A stretch of 64,000 nt of DNA from Selaginella moellendorffii (lineage: Eukaryota; Plantae; Lycopodiophyta): assembly GCF_000143415.4 (NCBI RefSeq), contig NW_003314315.1, positions 248,001 to 312,000 of the forward strand. Direction: 5' to 3'. The notes beneath the pieces are model-generated. The model saw nothing but the letters and a program-made list of their open reading frames with translations. It was not told the DNA's origin and made no database searches. Position numbers and translations under genes: made by a program. Below, piece after piece: positions 1-11,942 of the stretch (position 1 is the first letter of the stretch; each line of letters begins with the position of its first letter).

Positions 1-1
1 T

Positions 2-1750
2 AGGCTGGCCGGCAACATCTCGTCCTCCTTTTTTGCCTTCTGTGGAAGGTTCAAGGCGTTCATGGCAAACTTGAGCGACAACCAGATTTCGGGCGAGCTG
101 TCCGGCCAGGATATAGGAGGATGCAAATCCCTGGTACAGTTCAGTGCTTCGAACAATCTGATCGAGGAGGCTCTGCCCAAGGAGCTTGGGACTCTAGGCA
201 ACTTGAGCCTCTTGGATCTTTCGCGCAATCGGCTAAGCGGCAGCATTCCAGGTGAACTCGGCGAGCTCCAGATGCTGACGAGCCTTTTCCTCGCGAATAA
301 TTCTCTCGTGGGAGATATTCCGGAGAACCTGGGCCAGGCGTCCTCTCTGAGCCTGCTCGACCTCTCCGGCAACACTTTGCACGGGACCATTCCTTCCTCC
401 CTCGCCAACCTCAGTCACCTCGAGTACTTGCTACTGAACAACAACGACTTCTCCGGGACAATACCCCCGGTGCTCTCCGACATCACTTCCTTGGTGGCCG
501 TCAACCTCGCCTTCAACAACTTCTCCGGCTCCGTTCCAAGCTCGGGAAGCTGGGTGGGGATGTGCGACAAGGAGCACTTCCAGGGAAATCCATATCTCAA
601 GCCGTGCCCGACGTCGCTGGCTGCTTTCGGACCCGGATACATGGAGGAAAATCTTGATCCGGTCGCGGCTCCACAGGACCCTCCGGCCGGTGGCGGACTG
701 AGCGTCGTTGTGATTGTGGCGATCACGTCAGGCTGCGCTGTTGCCGTGGTGCTCCTGGTTCTCGTACTCCTGGTCCAGTGCACGAAACAGCGAGTTCCCA
801 GGCCACCTAGAAACCGGGGTGGCAGGAAAGAGGTGGTCATTTTCACCAACATCGGTTTCCGGTTCACGTACGAGAACGTTGTCCGAGCGACTGGGAACTT
901 TAGCGTGGACTACCTGATAGGAAACGGTGGCTTTGGAGCAACTTACAAGGCGGAGATGATGCCCGGCTTGGTGGTGGCCGTGAAGCGGCTCTCCATTGGG
1001 AGGTTTCAAGGCGTGCAGCAGTTCGACACGGAGATCCGGACGCTGGGGAGGATCCAGCACTCGAACCTGGTGAAGCTCATCGGCTACCACGCGAGCGAGG
1101 GGGAGATGTTCCTCATCTACAACTACTTCCCGCGGGGCAACCTGGAGAGCTTCATCCACAACCGGAGCCGGGGGGAGATGAGCTGGGCGGTGGTGCACAG
1201 GATCGCGCTGGGCATCGCGGAAGCGCTGGCCTACTTGCATGACGAGTGCCAGCCAAGGGTGCTCCACCGGGACATCAAGCCGAGCAACATCCTCCTGGAC
1301 AACAACTTGACGGCGTTTTTGGCCGACTTTGGGCTGGCCCGGCTGCTCGGTGCGTCCGAGACGCATGCCACGACGGACGTGGCTGGGACCTTCGGCTACG
1401 TCGCGCCGGAGTATGCCATGACGTGCCGGGTGTCGGACAAGGCGGACGTTTACAGCTATGGAGTGGTGCTGCTGGAGCTGCTATCGGGGAAGAAGGCGCT
1501 GGATCCGGCCTTCTCGGACTATGGACACGGGTTTACAATCGTCGGGTGGGCGTGCTTGCTCATCGGACAGGGACGAGCTCACGAGGTGTTCATCGTGGAG
1601 CTGTGGGAGATGGGCCCCGAGGCGTTCCTCCTGGAGACGCTCAAGCTGGCGGTGATGTGCACGGTGGATTCGCTCACGGTCAGGCCAACCATGCGGCAAG
1701 TGGTGGATCGTTTGAGACATATGGATCAATCGAGCCTCCCCTTCTCGTGA
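2..1750 (+). CDS. RPK2: LRR receptor-like Ser/Thr kinase, RPK2/TOAD2-like (5' end outside window)
   Basis: The frame is open from nt 2 ([11 protein letters not shown]...). It has LxxLDLSxNxLxGxIP LRRs, a TM helix, [58 protein letters not shown] and [22 protein letters not shown], all typical of RPK2. No introns in this part. Confidence 0.9.
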   Translation, partial: RLAGNISSSFFAFCGRFKAFMANLSDNQISGELSGQDIGGCKSLVQFSASNNLIEEALPKELGTLGNLSLLDLSRNRLSGSIPGELGELQMLTSLFLANNSLVGDIPENLGQASSLSLLDLSGNTLHGTIPSSLANLSHLEYLLLNNNDFSGTIPPVLSDITSLVAVNLAFNNFSGSVPSSGSWVGMCDKEHFQGNPYLKPCPTSLAAFGPGYMEENLDPVAAPQDPPAGGGLSVVVIVAITSGCAVAVVLLVLVLLVQCTKQRVPRPPRNRGGRKEVVIFTNIGFRFTYENVVRATGNFSVDYLIGNGGFGATYKAEMMPGLVVAVKRLSIGRFQGVQQFDTEIRTLGRIQHSNLVKLIGYHASEGEMFLIYNYFPRGNLESFIHNRSRGEMSWAVVHRIALGIAEALAYLHDECQPRVLHRDIKPSNILLDNNLTAFLADFGLARLLGASETHATTDVAGTFGYVAPEYAMTCRVSDKADVYSYGVVLLELLSGKKALDPAFSDYGHGFTIVGWACLLIGQGRAHEVFIVELWEMGPEAFLLETLKLAVMCTVDSLTVRPTMRQVVDRLRHMDQSSLPFS

Positions 1751-2439
1751 CGCTACTACTCCATCCATCCCATTCCAGGTTCTCTCTTTTATCCTGTTTT
1801 TCTTTGTTTCTTTTTTTTTCTCTCTCTCTCTCTCTTTTCTCCTCGGACATTTTTTCTTTCTTGGTTTTTCTTTTTCTTTTCTTTCTTTTCTGGTTATTCT
1901 TGTTACTTCCTGGGGAGAGATGGAGGAGAGAGTGTCAAGCGAAACTTGCAGGAAGTTTGTCTATATATGATTTATAGAGCAGGGAAGGATTCCTTCTTGT
2001 GTTGTATATTGGAAATATAAAGAGGAAAACGCACCTCTTTGAGTTTCTAAAAGCATAAGAGGCCGAGAGGAATTCTAAACAGATCAAATTTCGTTTTTGG
2101 AAAAGTAAAACTCAATTATCGAAATCCCACTTATATTTCAGGACAGGGTGCCTTTATGCCTATATAAAGGCTATAAGTGAAATAGGAGGCTATAAGTGAA
2201 AAATTGTATATATCAGTTGTATGAATAAAAGATTAAAGTTTATTATTAGCTAACTATTACATTTTCTTTTATTATCATTTTACACAGGCATTGACCACAA
2301 TAATGCTGTCTAGAAGACTCTAGAATATAATTTGTTTATAGTCCACCACTTGCCCCTATCTGCATGGATGTAATGCATAATTCACTCTTTGGTCCTTCAG
2401 TCTTACTCATTTTCTCGCAAACTCTCTGTCCCTGGGGAG

Positions 2440-2830
2440 TACTATCCCAACTGTTGGAGGCAGGAGCTATTCCCTAAGCATGGCTGCTTGATCTTGCTCT
2501 TGGCATAGGAGTGTGGTTTGATCCCGCAATGGCTTGTACCTCGGGCATTAATAGAGGATGTGGAAGACATCCTCTCCCAGGGGGTGTGTGGCATCCATTT
2601 TCTACTTGCAACTTGTATGCTCTGGCTAGAGTTGTGCACTGCTATATGGTGGTAACTGGGGAAATCCAGGTGGGCCAGTTGGATTTATCATCGTGCAGTT
2701 GTGGTCCTGCTTGCAAGTGCCAGATGAAGCATATAGAATCGTCTATGGCATCAGTAGTTACTTGGTCATAGTGATCTCTTCACAGTCAACCAAGAGCTCA
2801 AGTCTAGAGAATCTTGGTGCTGGAAAGTGG
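2440..2830 (-). mobile_element. Degenerate non-LTR (LINE) ORF2 C-terminal fragment
   Basis: The minus strand reads ...ARAYKLQVENG..HTPWER..EDVFHILY*CPRYKPLRDQ. This matches the L-x-VETG...ED-x-x-H-x-L-x-x-CP-x-Y-x-x-x-R C-terminal zinc-knuckle pattern of LINE RTs, with a stop and frameshifts. Confidence 0.5.
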
Positions 2831-3905
2831 ATTATTGTCTTTGTTCAAATCCTCAAACATATTGCCTTTTATACAATTATTAAGATCTTATTAAGTATAA
2901 GATTGAACTCATAAACTCAATAGAGAAGAGTCTTTGAAGGGTATCTAAACACATGATTTAAAAATGATGGTTTTTAAGGATCTTTTCACTTGGCTGTATT
3001 AAGGTATATTTTAGAGTAATCTAGAACCAAGCTAAAGATAAAGAGACATACTTACTAGCTCTTAATTTATATGGTATGAATATACATGCATTTTTCTCAT
3101 CAAGATTTTATTAAGGAAAGTTTGAATTCTCTCAATTTCTTGGTGGTGTTAGTTCTCTCCGGTGCTTGGAGGAATTTTCAGGAGTTAAAACTCAAGCTAA
3201 GACCTCATGCCTCCAGCTGGGCACTAATGAGTAGCACTCTGATGTAATAATAATAATTAGTTTTTATATTGTTTTAAATGTGCTCCTGAGGTTAGATGCT
3301 AAATAATGCTAACTCCTTCATAGGCTTGCATAGACAAGTGAATATGAGTTGATATGGGTTTATAATGAGTTGATGCATTATATAACTTATTTGCAAGCTT
3401 GTATTTAAAGAAGTTCAAAATTTATGTGGTCAACACGGACAATTTTTACTTTTATTGAACTTGAATCCAATTAATCTTGTGTTTATAATTTATAAATTTT
3501 TCTAAACACCTCCTAAAATATTCGTTTACCCTTGTGACGTGTCAAGTAATTCACCACCAAACACTTTACGTGGTGGTCCAAAGCGGCCAATAGGGCTGTT
3601 TTGCTTACTAAGCTGGACCGCTCTTGGAAGATTCGTGAGAGTGCCTTACAATCTTCTCACAATCGTGTCATTGAGCTTGCTCTGATACAATGACAAGATC
3701 ACGAACTGAGATGTATTGCAAAGATCTGCATGATGGACAGTAAATCGTCACTCCTATATCCACGTCCACGCAACACAACAAAGGGGAGTCAGTGTGGGGA
3801 GAGATTTTCAGCCATTTGGAAGAAAGGAGATAGAGACCAACTGGGAAGGAGAAGTTCAAGAGGTTTGATAGAAATCCTATTCCTTTGGTCAACGTAAAGA
3901 TTGGG

Positions 3906-5793
3906 ATGGGTGTGGGAGCTTTGATTCTACTTGGTTTGCTCGCGTTTGTGTTGTGGTGCGGAATCCAGTGCATCCGGCAGATTGGAACTCCCGGGTTTAA
4001 GACTTGGCCCCTGATCGGTGTCACTCTGGAGGTGGCCGCGAACTATCACCGGCTTTACGACTGGCTCTCGTGGAATTTCCAGGTCAAGGAGACGATGACA
4101 ATGTCCGCCACCATGCCCGGACGAAGCTTCCTCTTCACGGTGGATCCAGCAAACGTGGAGCACATCCTCAAGACCAACTTTGCCAATTATCCAAAGGTAT
4201 AGAAGATCTCGTTCGAGGTCGCTCTCTTCCGAGAAAACTCAGAAATGAGGAGAATTCTCTTGATCTTCTTTTCTTTGTTCTTCACAGGGGGAGGATTTTC
4301 AAGAGATTTTCCAGCCCTTGCTCGGGAATGGGATCTTCAACTCAAATGGAGAGGCGTGGAGATTCCAACGCAAGACTGCCAGCTTCGAGTTTGCGTCACG
4401 GGTGTTGAGGGATGTCAGCTGCAGGGTTTTCAAAGATCACGCGCTCAAACTCGCCAGGATTGTCCATGGTAGTCAGGAATCGGAAGGATCTTTGGAAATG
4501 CAGGCAAGGATCAAAAGCTCTTCTTTTTTATTGAGATCTTCTCGAAAATTTATCCAGGATTTGTTCATGAGGATGACTCTCGACACAATTTGCTACCTCG
4601 GTTTCGGCCTCCATCTCGGCGTCCTCGCTCCAAATCTCCCCCGGAACGACTTTGCCACGGCCTTCGATGCCTGCAACGCCATCATCTCCTACCGCTGTGC
4701 AGACCCTTTCTGGAAACTCAAGAGGTTCCTCCGGATTGGACTGGAGCGTAACCTCCGGCGCCATCTCCAAGTCGTGGATGATTTCACTCACAGCATCATA
4801 CAGCAGAGGAGGCTCCAGCTCCAAGATCAGTACAAACACCACCAACATGTAAGAGATACTCCATTCCACTTCCAAGGATCGCCAGTCACGCTCGTATATT
4901 TATTCGATTCCTTCGTCTTTCTTTACAGAGCAAACAAGATTTACTGTCGAGATTCATGCTGCTAGACGAGAGCTTCTCCGATGATCATCTCCGCGACGTG
5001 ATCCTCAACTTCGTCATCGCCGGGAGGGACACCACCGCCAGCACTCTGTCGTATTTCACCTACATGATAGCCTCCCATCCGGATTGCGCCACCAAAATCT
5101 ACCAGGAGCTCCACGAGTTTGAAGAATTCCAGCTCAGCGACAATTCCCATCGCCCAAGCAGTTTCGAGGACAAGATCCACGGATTTACCCAGCTGCTAAC
5201 ATACGAATCGCTGGCCAAGCTCGTCTATCTCCACGCCGCGCTCATGGAAACTCTCAGGCTCTTCCCTGCCGTACCTCTGGTGAATGAGAGAGAGAATCCC
5301 TTTGGATTCTCATTCGAAGCTTCTTGAACTAATGATTTTTCTTTCCAGAACTTCAAACTAGCTGTCACGGATGATGTTCTTCCATCGGGTGCTGTGGTGA
5401 AAAGAGGATCCACGGTTTCATATGTGCCTTATTGCATGGCCCGTGTTGAATCAATCTGGGGCTCCGATGCATCGCAGTTTCGTCCCGAGAGATGGCGCAG
5501 AGATGGAGCCTGGGATTTCAGCGTCTCTCCATTCAAGTTCACGGCATTCCAGGTAATCTATCGATCGCGAGATTGAGGAGCGAGCGAGCCACATTTTCTT
5601 ATTGCAGGCAGGGCCCCGCATTTGTTTGGGCAAAGACAGTGCCTTTTTGCAGATGAAGATCACAGCAGCACTCCTGTGCCGATTTTTCGAGTTTCAACTT
5701 GTCCCTGGGCAGATTCTGACGTACCGAGTCATGGCCACCATCTCCCTTGTGAATGGTGTCAAAGTCACCACCTCCAACTGCACTTCAGAATAA
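3906..5793 (+). CDS. Cytochrome P450, CYP704 family (CYP86 clan, CYP704B-like fatty-acid hydroxylase), copy 1, 6 exons
   Basis: TM anchor; TVDPANVEHILKTNFANYPK|G; I-helix AGRDTT; ETLRLFP (ExxR); FRPERW; heme motif FQ|AGPRICLG. The exons join in frame. Intron 2 has a GC donor (atgcag|gcaagg). Confidence 0.92.
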
Positions 5794-7229
5794 TTTTTGG
5801 GTCCTTATATAGAATAAGCAAAAAAACTGTCCATCTTCTCTGTACCACTTTTGAGCTCATAAGATCAATTGAAAGTTAGTACTTTGTTTGTTGTTAGTTC
5901 TTTTCCAGAACGGCTAGAAGGGTAACTCAAAGTCTAGCAAGAATGCATTGGTCAGGTGGTTTCAAGTCAAGTAGAAGTCTACTACTTTTGCTATTTGTGA
6001 ATATGTGATTGCACATGAGTGGATTTTTTATTTACACATCTGCAGATATATTAATTTGTTTTCAATTGTACACAAAATTATAATGTACATAATCACATTT
6101 TGATTGCTATAATGGTAATTAAAACATGATTATAATATTTTCATGGGACATGTCATATATAAATTCAACCCACAGGCCAATTCTCTTTTAGAGGCCAATT
6201 CCTAATCTTCACAGAAGAAGTGCAATTTCCTCAAAATAAAGATACCACAGAAGGACAAGTGTTTTAGCTGCTCAATCAGAAATATGGTTTCTCTTTTGGG
6301 AGGCTGAGAAGATCACTTTAAATTATATGGATCTGGAGGGGCTGAAGAAGATGAGCAAGAACAAGTGTTCATTTACACTTTCATCTTGGGTTAGAGAATG
6401 TAGAATTTGTAATCCATACCCAGAGTGCAAGGTGCCCATACATCATGTTCCAAAACACCTATAAGAAATAAATCTATGCAAGTTTCACATGATGTGTTCA
6501 CAAAAGCAAGATGCTCACCTAGGCCATAGAAACTAATATTTTCACAAGCTTTTTTCTGGTCACTATGTCAAACTTGCAAGGATGTGTATTCAAAAAACTG
6601 AGCTCTTGTATTCTTCATACCTTAGAGTGAAAGATTAAAAATGTTGGCAGCAAATATCATTATACTATATCCTCCCTACAGGTTGTAAATCAAAGGTACT
6701 TAAGGACCATTGTTATGTGGTTAATAATCCATGAAGATTTTGCATCACATACATACCACTATCATAACACTTTGTTTGAAAATGAATAAGGAGATAAAAA
6801 CCGAAAATATGTCACATCCCCAAAAGACTGCCAACATCTAAGGATTCCACATAGCTTTTAGATAAAGTGTATATATGGGACAAGCACTCACCTTTATATT
6901 TGGAAGGTGTACAATTTGGAGAACAATGACAATAAAAGCAATGTCTTGCAAAAAACCAAGAGCCTCACTTAAACACTCATGATTAGCATGACTCATTAGT
7001 ATATCTTGAGCAATCCACAAAAGCTTACCTCTTGTTAAACACCATCTTGATTCACTCTCTCTCCACTTACCTCGTAGTGATGTGGCATTAGGCTTTATTT
7101 TTGTCTTTTCTCCAGTGCACTCCCTCTCCCGTCCATCACACTCCCGCTCTAAAATTAAACAACTTATTGAACATTTTAAGGTGAATTTTCAAAATGAAAT
7201 AGCCTTTATTAAGTATTTTCAAAACGAAT

Positions 7230-8400
7230 GGAAGGATAAAGTTAGTATGTGAATCAATTGATTTTTATAATTTATTTTAATTTATATTTGATAGATATAT
7301 GGGTTGTTGCTGCTCAAAATTTACTTTATGCTAACAAGGAGACAAATAGTTTAATTGAGGCATTCCATGCAAATATGAAAATTATACTATTGTCCCAAAA
7401 AAAAACATGTTCGCAATCGAATGATGGATTGGGCAATTCATCAATTTACTACTAAGGTTCATGTGAGGTACTGGTTTACTAGTTATTGCAAAGGTTATAG
7501 TTTTATTCGAAACTATGCATACGAAAAACTAATTGATGGTGCGATTGTTAAAGAAAGAAATATTAACAACTCTCAAATAAAATTCGATAAGGACAATACT
7601 CGCAAATCTTATGTATAATCCTCTTCAGATCTAACTATATGGTATCTTGTTGTCAGAGGTGAAGGACACAGTGATTAGGCTTTTTTGACTTGGTGTAATT
7701 GTCTATGGGTAACAAATGAAACTTTTGCAAGCATCAAGCAAAAGTTATTATGTTAAAATAAAAAAAGAAAATTGACTAGATTATAACTAGTTATGAGGTT
7801 CAACCATCACAATCATATGCAATTTTAAAACCTGGGTTAGATGGCTTGTTTTATCGTCATCAAAATTTTGAAACACTTGACTTGGAAGTTATGATAGACA
7901 AAAATTTTGAAATACTTCTACAAATTTAAGCAGGAAAATATCCATTAAAATGTTTATCATAAGCAAACAATTCAGTTGGAGACTACATTAGAGGTAAACT
8001 AGCATATTTTATATACTAATATATATGAATATTGAGCAAGAAGATATCTATCAAAATATACAGCATCAATAAAAAATTCAGCTAAGGATTACTATAAAGG
8101 TAATTTACACTAAACAAATTTTAAATATTGATATGAACTTTGAGGAGGAAGATATCACTCCATCATAAGTTAAAAGCAACATTATAGCAAAAGATGATGG
8201 ATATCTTATAAAATCTTCTTAATGAAGAAGCTTTTTTATTTATGGTTGACAACAATTTAGAAATGATATAACAAAAGGTTGCAACTTTTAAAGCTAAGCC
8301 AGATGATCTTATTCATCCTATAATAGAATTTCAATAGTGCATTGATCCAAAATTAATTCCTTTTACTAGGCGGAGGAAGACAAGAAAGAAAAGCTCTTTA
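7230..8400 (+). mobile_element. Degenerate MULE/SWIM-type transposase-like remnant
   Basis: IDIWVVAAQNLLYANKETNSLIEAFHANMK..LL (7249 ORF), then after a frameshift DWAIHQFTTKVHVRYW (7421 ORF), then SYAILKPG. This matches the W..L..A.QET...IE.YH..LK...R.DWL...L.TKVH..YW pattern of plant MULE-derived SWIM proteins. Many stops; ends are approximate. Confidence 0.6.
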
Positions 8401-9438
8401 AATGAAAAACTCAATTTTAACAAAGAATAAATAAAAAAACAAACTCTTTATATACTTACATTGCATATATTTAAATTAGTGAGAAAATTTCATACGATAA
8501 CCACTATTAATGGTCATCCATGACACTCATTGGCCACATAAAGCAAGTAGAAAGGCATCCACACGAGTGGTGATTGAAATTTGGCTAAGTGTTGGTGCTG
8601 TGGCCACGTGGAAGTAATTAGGGCGCACGCTAGGTGCGGGCGGACGTGCGGGGGCGTTTAGATGCCAGTATATAACCCAGATGTAGAAATGGTGACACAA
8701 ACATTGAGAGTATTGAGACACTACCAAGCTTATGAAGAAGCTGGTAAAGAAGTACCATGCTTTCTTAGTTTAGGAGGCAATGATCAAGTGAATCCCTTGC
8801 CTGAACAAGGCAGCAAGTTCCCCACTCTTGTGTTGCACCAAGAGAGTTTGGAGAGTAAGTTGAAGGCCAATGTTCAGCTCAATGCTAACTTCTTCATCTT
8901 GTTACTCAAGAAGACCTGGCAAAACATGAAGGTAGCATTCTCTCAAGGTATGCAATGTGATCCATCTCCTCCAAAGTCTGTTAATCTTTATATGGCAATG
9001 ATGTTGAGCGAGTTTTTTATCCATTCTTTCCAAAAAACCTCTCAAACATGTGTAAAAAGTGTTGTTAATTCAACTTGGTGTGTAAAAATGTTGTTAAATA
9101 AAAGATTAAACCCTGTTTATGTAAATTAAGCTGATATGGATTGTGGCACTGACATGGATTTTGCATGAGCTGGCGATTGAAGAATTTATATATGATATAC
9201 ATGCTTATGATTTGAAAAAAAGAGTTGCCCACTCTAGGTACACTTCCCAAGAACACTTCCCTTCTTGGGAAGTGTACCTCCCCATAAAACTGCCACCCAT
9301 AACTGATGAAGGAGAGGATGCTTATTTAAATTAACATATATTATATGAGAAAAAAATCTTTATAATCTGAATCACCTTGTTTATTAAAAATAATTACCTA
9401 GAGCTTAACAATTCACAGATGACTTTATTCTTCTAATT

Positions 9439-11263
9439 TTAAGTGCGATTCGAGGTGGTGACTTTGACACCATTGGCGAAGGAGATAGTAGCCATGACTC
9501 GGTACGTAAGAATCTGCCTGGGAACAAGTTGAAACTCAAAAAATCTGCACAAGAGGGCTGCAGTGATCTTCATCTGCAAGAAGGCACTATCCTTGCCCAG
9601 ACAAATGCGGGGCCCTGCCTGCAAAAGAAAATAGTGCTCACTTGCTCCTCAATCTGTTTGACGAAATCTATTACCTGGAATGCCGTGAACTTGAATGAAG
9701 AGATGCTGAAATCCCAGGCTCCATCTCTGCGCCATCTCTCGGGACGAAACTGTGATGCATCCGAACCCCAGATTGATTTAATACGGGCCATGCAATACGG
9801 CGCGTATGAAAGTGTGGATCCTCTTTTCACCATAGCACCAGATGGAAGAACATCATCCGCGACGACTCCTTTGAAATTCTGGAAATAGAAAAAGGCTCCA
9901 AGAGATTAGCCCAAGAAGCTTGGATTCTTTCTTTCATCACCAGAGGCACGGCAGGGAAGAGCCTGAGAGTTTCCATGAGCGCGGCGTGGAGATAGACGAG
10001 CTTGGCCAGCGATTCGTATGTTAGCAGCTGGGTAAATCCGTGGATCTTGTCCTCGAAACTGCTTGGGCGATGGGAATTGTCAGCGAGCTGGAGTTCTTCA
10101 AACTCGTGGAGCTCCTGGTAGATTTTGGTGGCGCAATCCGGATGGGAGGCTATCATGTAGGTGAAATACGAGAGAGTGCTGGCGGTGGTGTCCCTCCCGG
10201 CGATGACGAAGTTGAGGATCACGTCGCGGAGATGATCATCGGAGAAGCTCTCGTCTAGCAGCATGAATCTCGACAGTAAATCTTGTCTGCTCTGCAAAGG
10301 AAGAAGCAAAGAACCCCATCAATCGAATGAATGCGATCAAGTGAAATGGAGTTTCTTTTTACTTGTTGGTGGTCTTTGGGCTGATCTTGGAGCTGGAGCC
10401 TCCTCTGGCATATGATGCTGTGCGTGAAATCATCCACGACTTGGAGATGGCGCTGGAGGCTGCGCTCCTGTCCAATCCGGAGGAACCTCTTGAATTTCCA
10501 GAACGGGTCCGCAAAGCGGTAGGAGATGATGGCGTTGCAGGCATCGAAGGCCGTGGCAAAGTCGTTCCGGGGGAGATTTGGAGCGAGGACGCCGAGATGG
10601 AGGCCGAAACCGAGGAAGCAAATTGTGTCGAGAGTCATCCTCATGAACAAATCCTGGAGGTAAATTTTCTATGATCGAGAAGTTCTCATTGAAAAAACGA
10701 TAAGATCCTTGCCTGCATTTCCAAAGGTTCTTGACTGCCATGGACAATCCTGGCGAGCTTGAGCGCGTGATCTTTGAAAACCCTGCAGCTCACGTCCCTC
10801 AGCACCCGCGATGAAAACTCGAAGCTGGCAGTCTTGCGTTGGATCCTCCATGGCTCTCCATCCGAGTTGAAGATCCCATTCCCAAGCAGGGGCTCGAAAA
10901 TCTCATGAAACTCCTCCCCCTGTGATTCACAAGGAACCAGCTCTCCTCTTTTCTCGGACGAGAAGATCTTACCTTTGGATAATTGGCGAAGTTGGTCTTG
11001 AGGATGTGCTCCACGTTTGCCGGATCCACCGTGAACACGTAGCTTCGTCCGGGCATGGTGGCGGACATTGTCATCGTCTCCTTGACCCGGAAATTCCACG
11101 AGAGCCAGTCGTAAATCCGGTGATAGTTCGCGGCCACCTCCAGAGTGACACCAATCAGGGGCCAAGTCTTAAACCCGGGAGTTCCAATCTGCCGGATCCG
11201 GTGGATAGCGCACCACGACGCAAACGCGAGCAAACCAAGTAGAATCAAAGCTCCCACACCCAT
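9439..11263 (-). CDS. Cytochrome P450, CYP704 family, copy 2 (inverted paralog of 3906-5793)
   Basis: Same six-exon structure and motifs (MGVGALILLGLLAF, AGRDTT, ETLR, QAGPRICLG), the same GC-donor intron 2, and a stop at 9439. Confidence 0.92.
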
Positions 11264-11366
11264 CCCGATTGATCAAAAAAAGAATAGGACTCTGTCAAAG
11301 CTCTTAGAGCTTAGTCTCTATCTTCTCTGTTTCCAAATGGTTCCAAGTCTCTCTCCACAAGTCCCT

Positions 11367-11440
11367 TTCTCTCTCTCTCTTTCCGACTTGTTCCAAATCT
11401 CTCTCTCTCTCTCTGTCTCTCTCTCTCTCTCTCTCTCACA
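11367..11440. repeat. (CT)n/(GA)n microsatellite upstream of CYP704 copy 2
   Basis: Interrupted ctctctct runs seen directly. Confidence 0.85.
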
Positions 11441-11942
11441 TTCTCATTCTCATCTTCACGAGCGTGGGCCTTGTGATTCCTCTTACGAGTGGGCCTTCAC
11501 GAGTGCTATCGCTTCCCTCTTACGCAAGCCCCACGTATATGTGCTCAGAGCTGGCCAAGAACGCGACGAAAGAGGGTGTTAGAAAGAAATGACCACGTCC
11601 AAATTATCATCTTCTGCTCTTTACATGGTTTTATTTCTCGGCTACAAAATCTTACTCGAACGAACGACCAACAAAACAAACTCACGCTCTCCTTCTTCTT
11701 CTTCTTCTTCCTTTTTTCTTGCACCTGAATGGATGGATGGATGGATTCATTATATACACTGCTTGCTTGCCTCTTGCCCCCAGCGACTTTACACCATATG
11801 GCTGGCTATCAGTGGCTCCAAAATCTCTATACTTCCATCACCCCGAGAACGCCAAACCCCACGTAAGTAGAAAAAGCACGAAAATTCCACTGCTTGCCTC
11901 GACCATGAACGATGACGATGATGCTGCGATGGATGATCGTCG

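Noticed and set aside
1246-1977. 243-aa ORF overlapping the RPK2-like kinase, plus antisense ORFs
   Set aside because: Shadow frames of GC-rich coding sequence running into a CT-rich 3' UTR; no domain features.
2168-2202. Direct repeat AGGCTATAAGTGAAA x2
   Set aside because: Only two adjacent units with no spacers; a simple slippage duplication, not an array.
6390-6530. CRICNPYPEC..HH and DVFTK as a possible zinc finger or Copia RNase H
   Set aside because: The motifs are in different frames with no supporting context.
8662-9334. 155-aa and 63-aa ORFs between the P450s
   Set aside because: No recognisable motif or gene structure; probably TE-derived, left uncalled.
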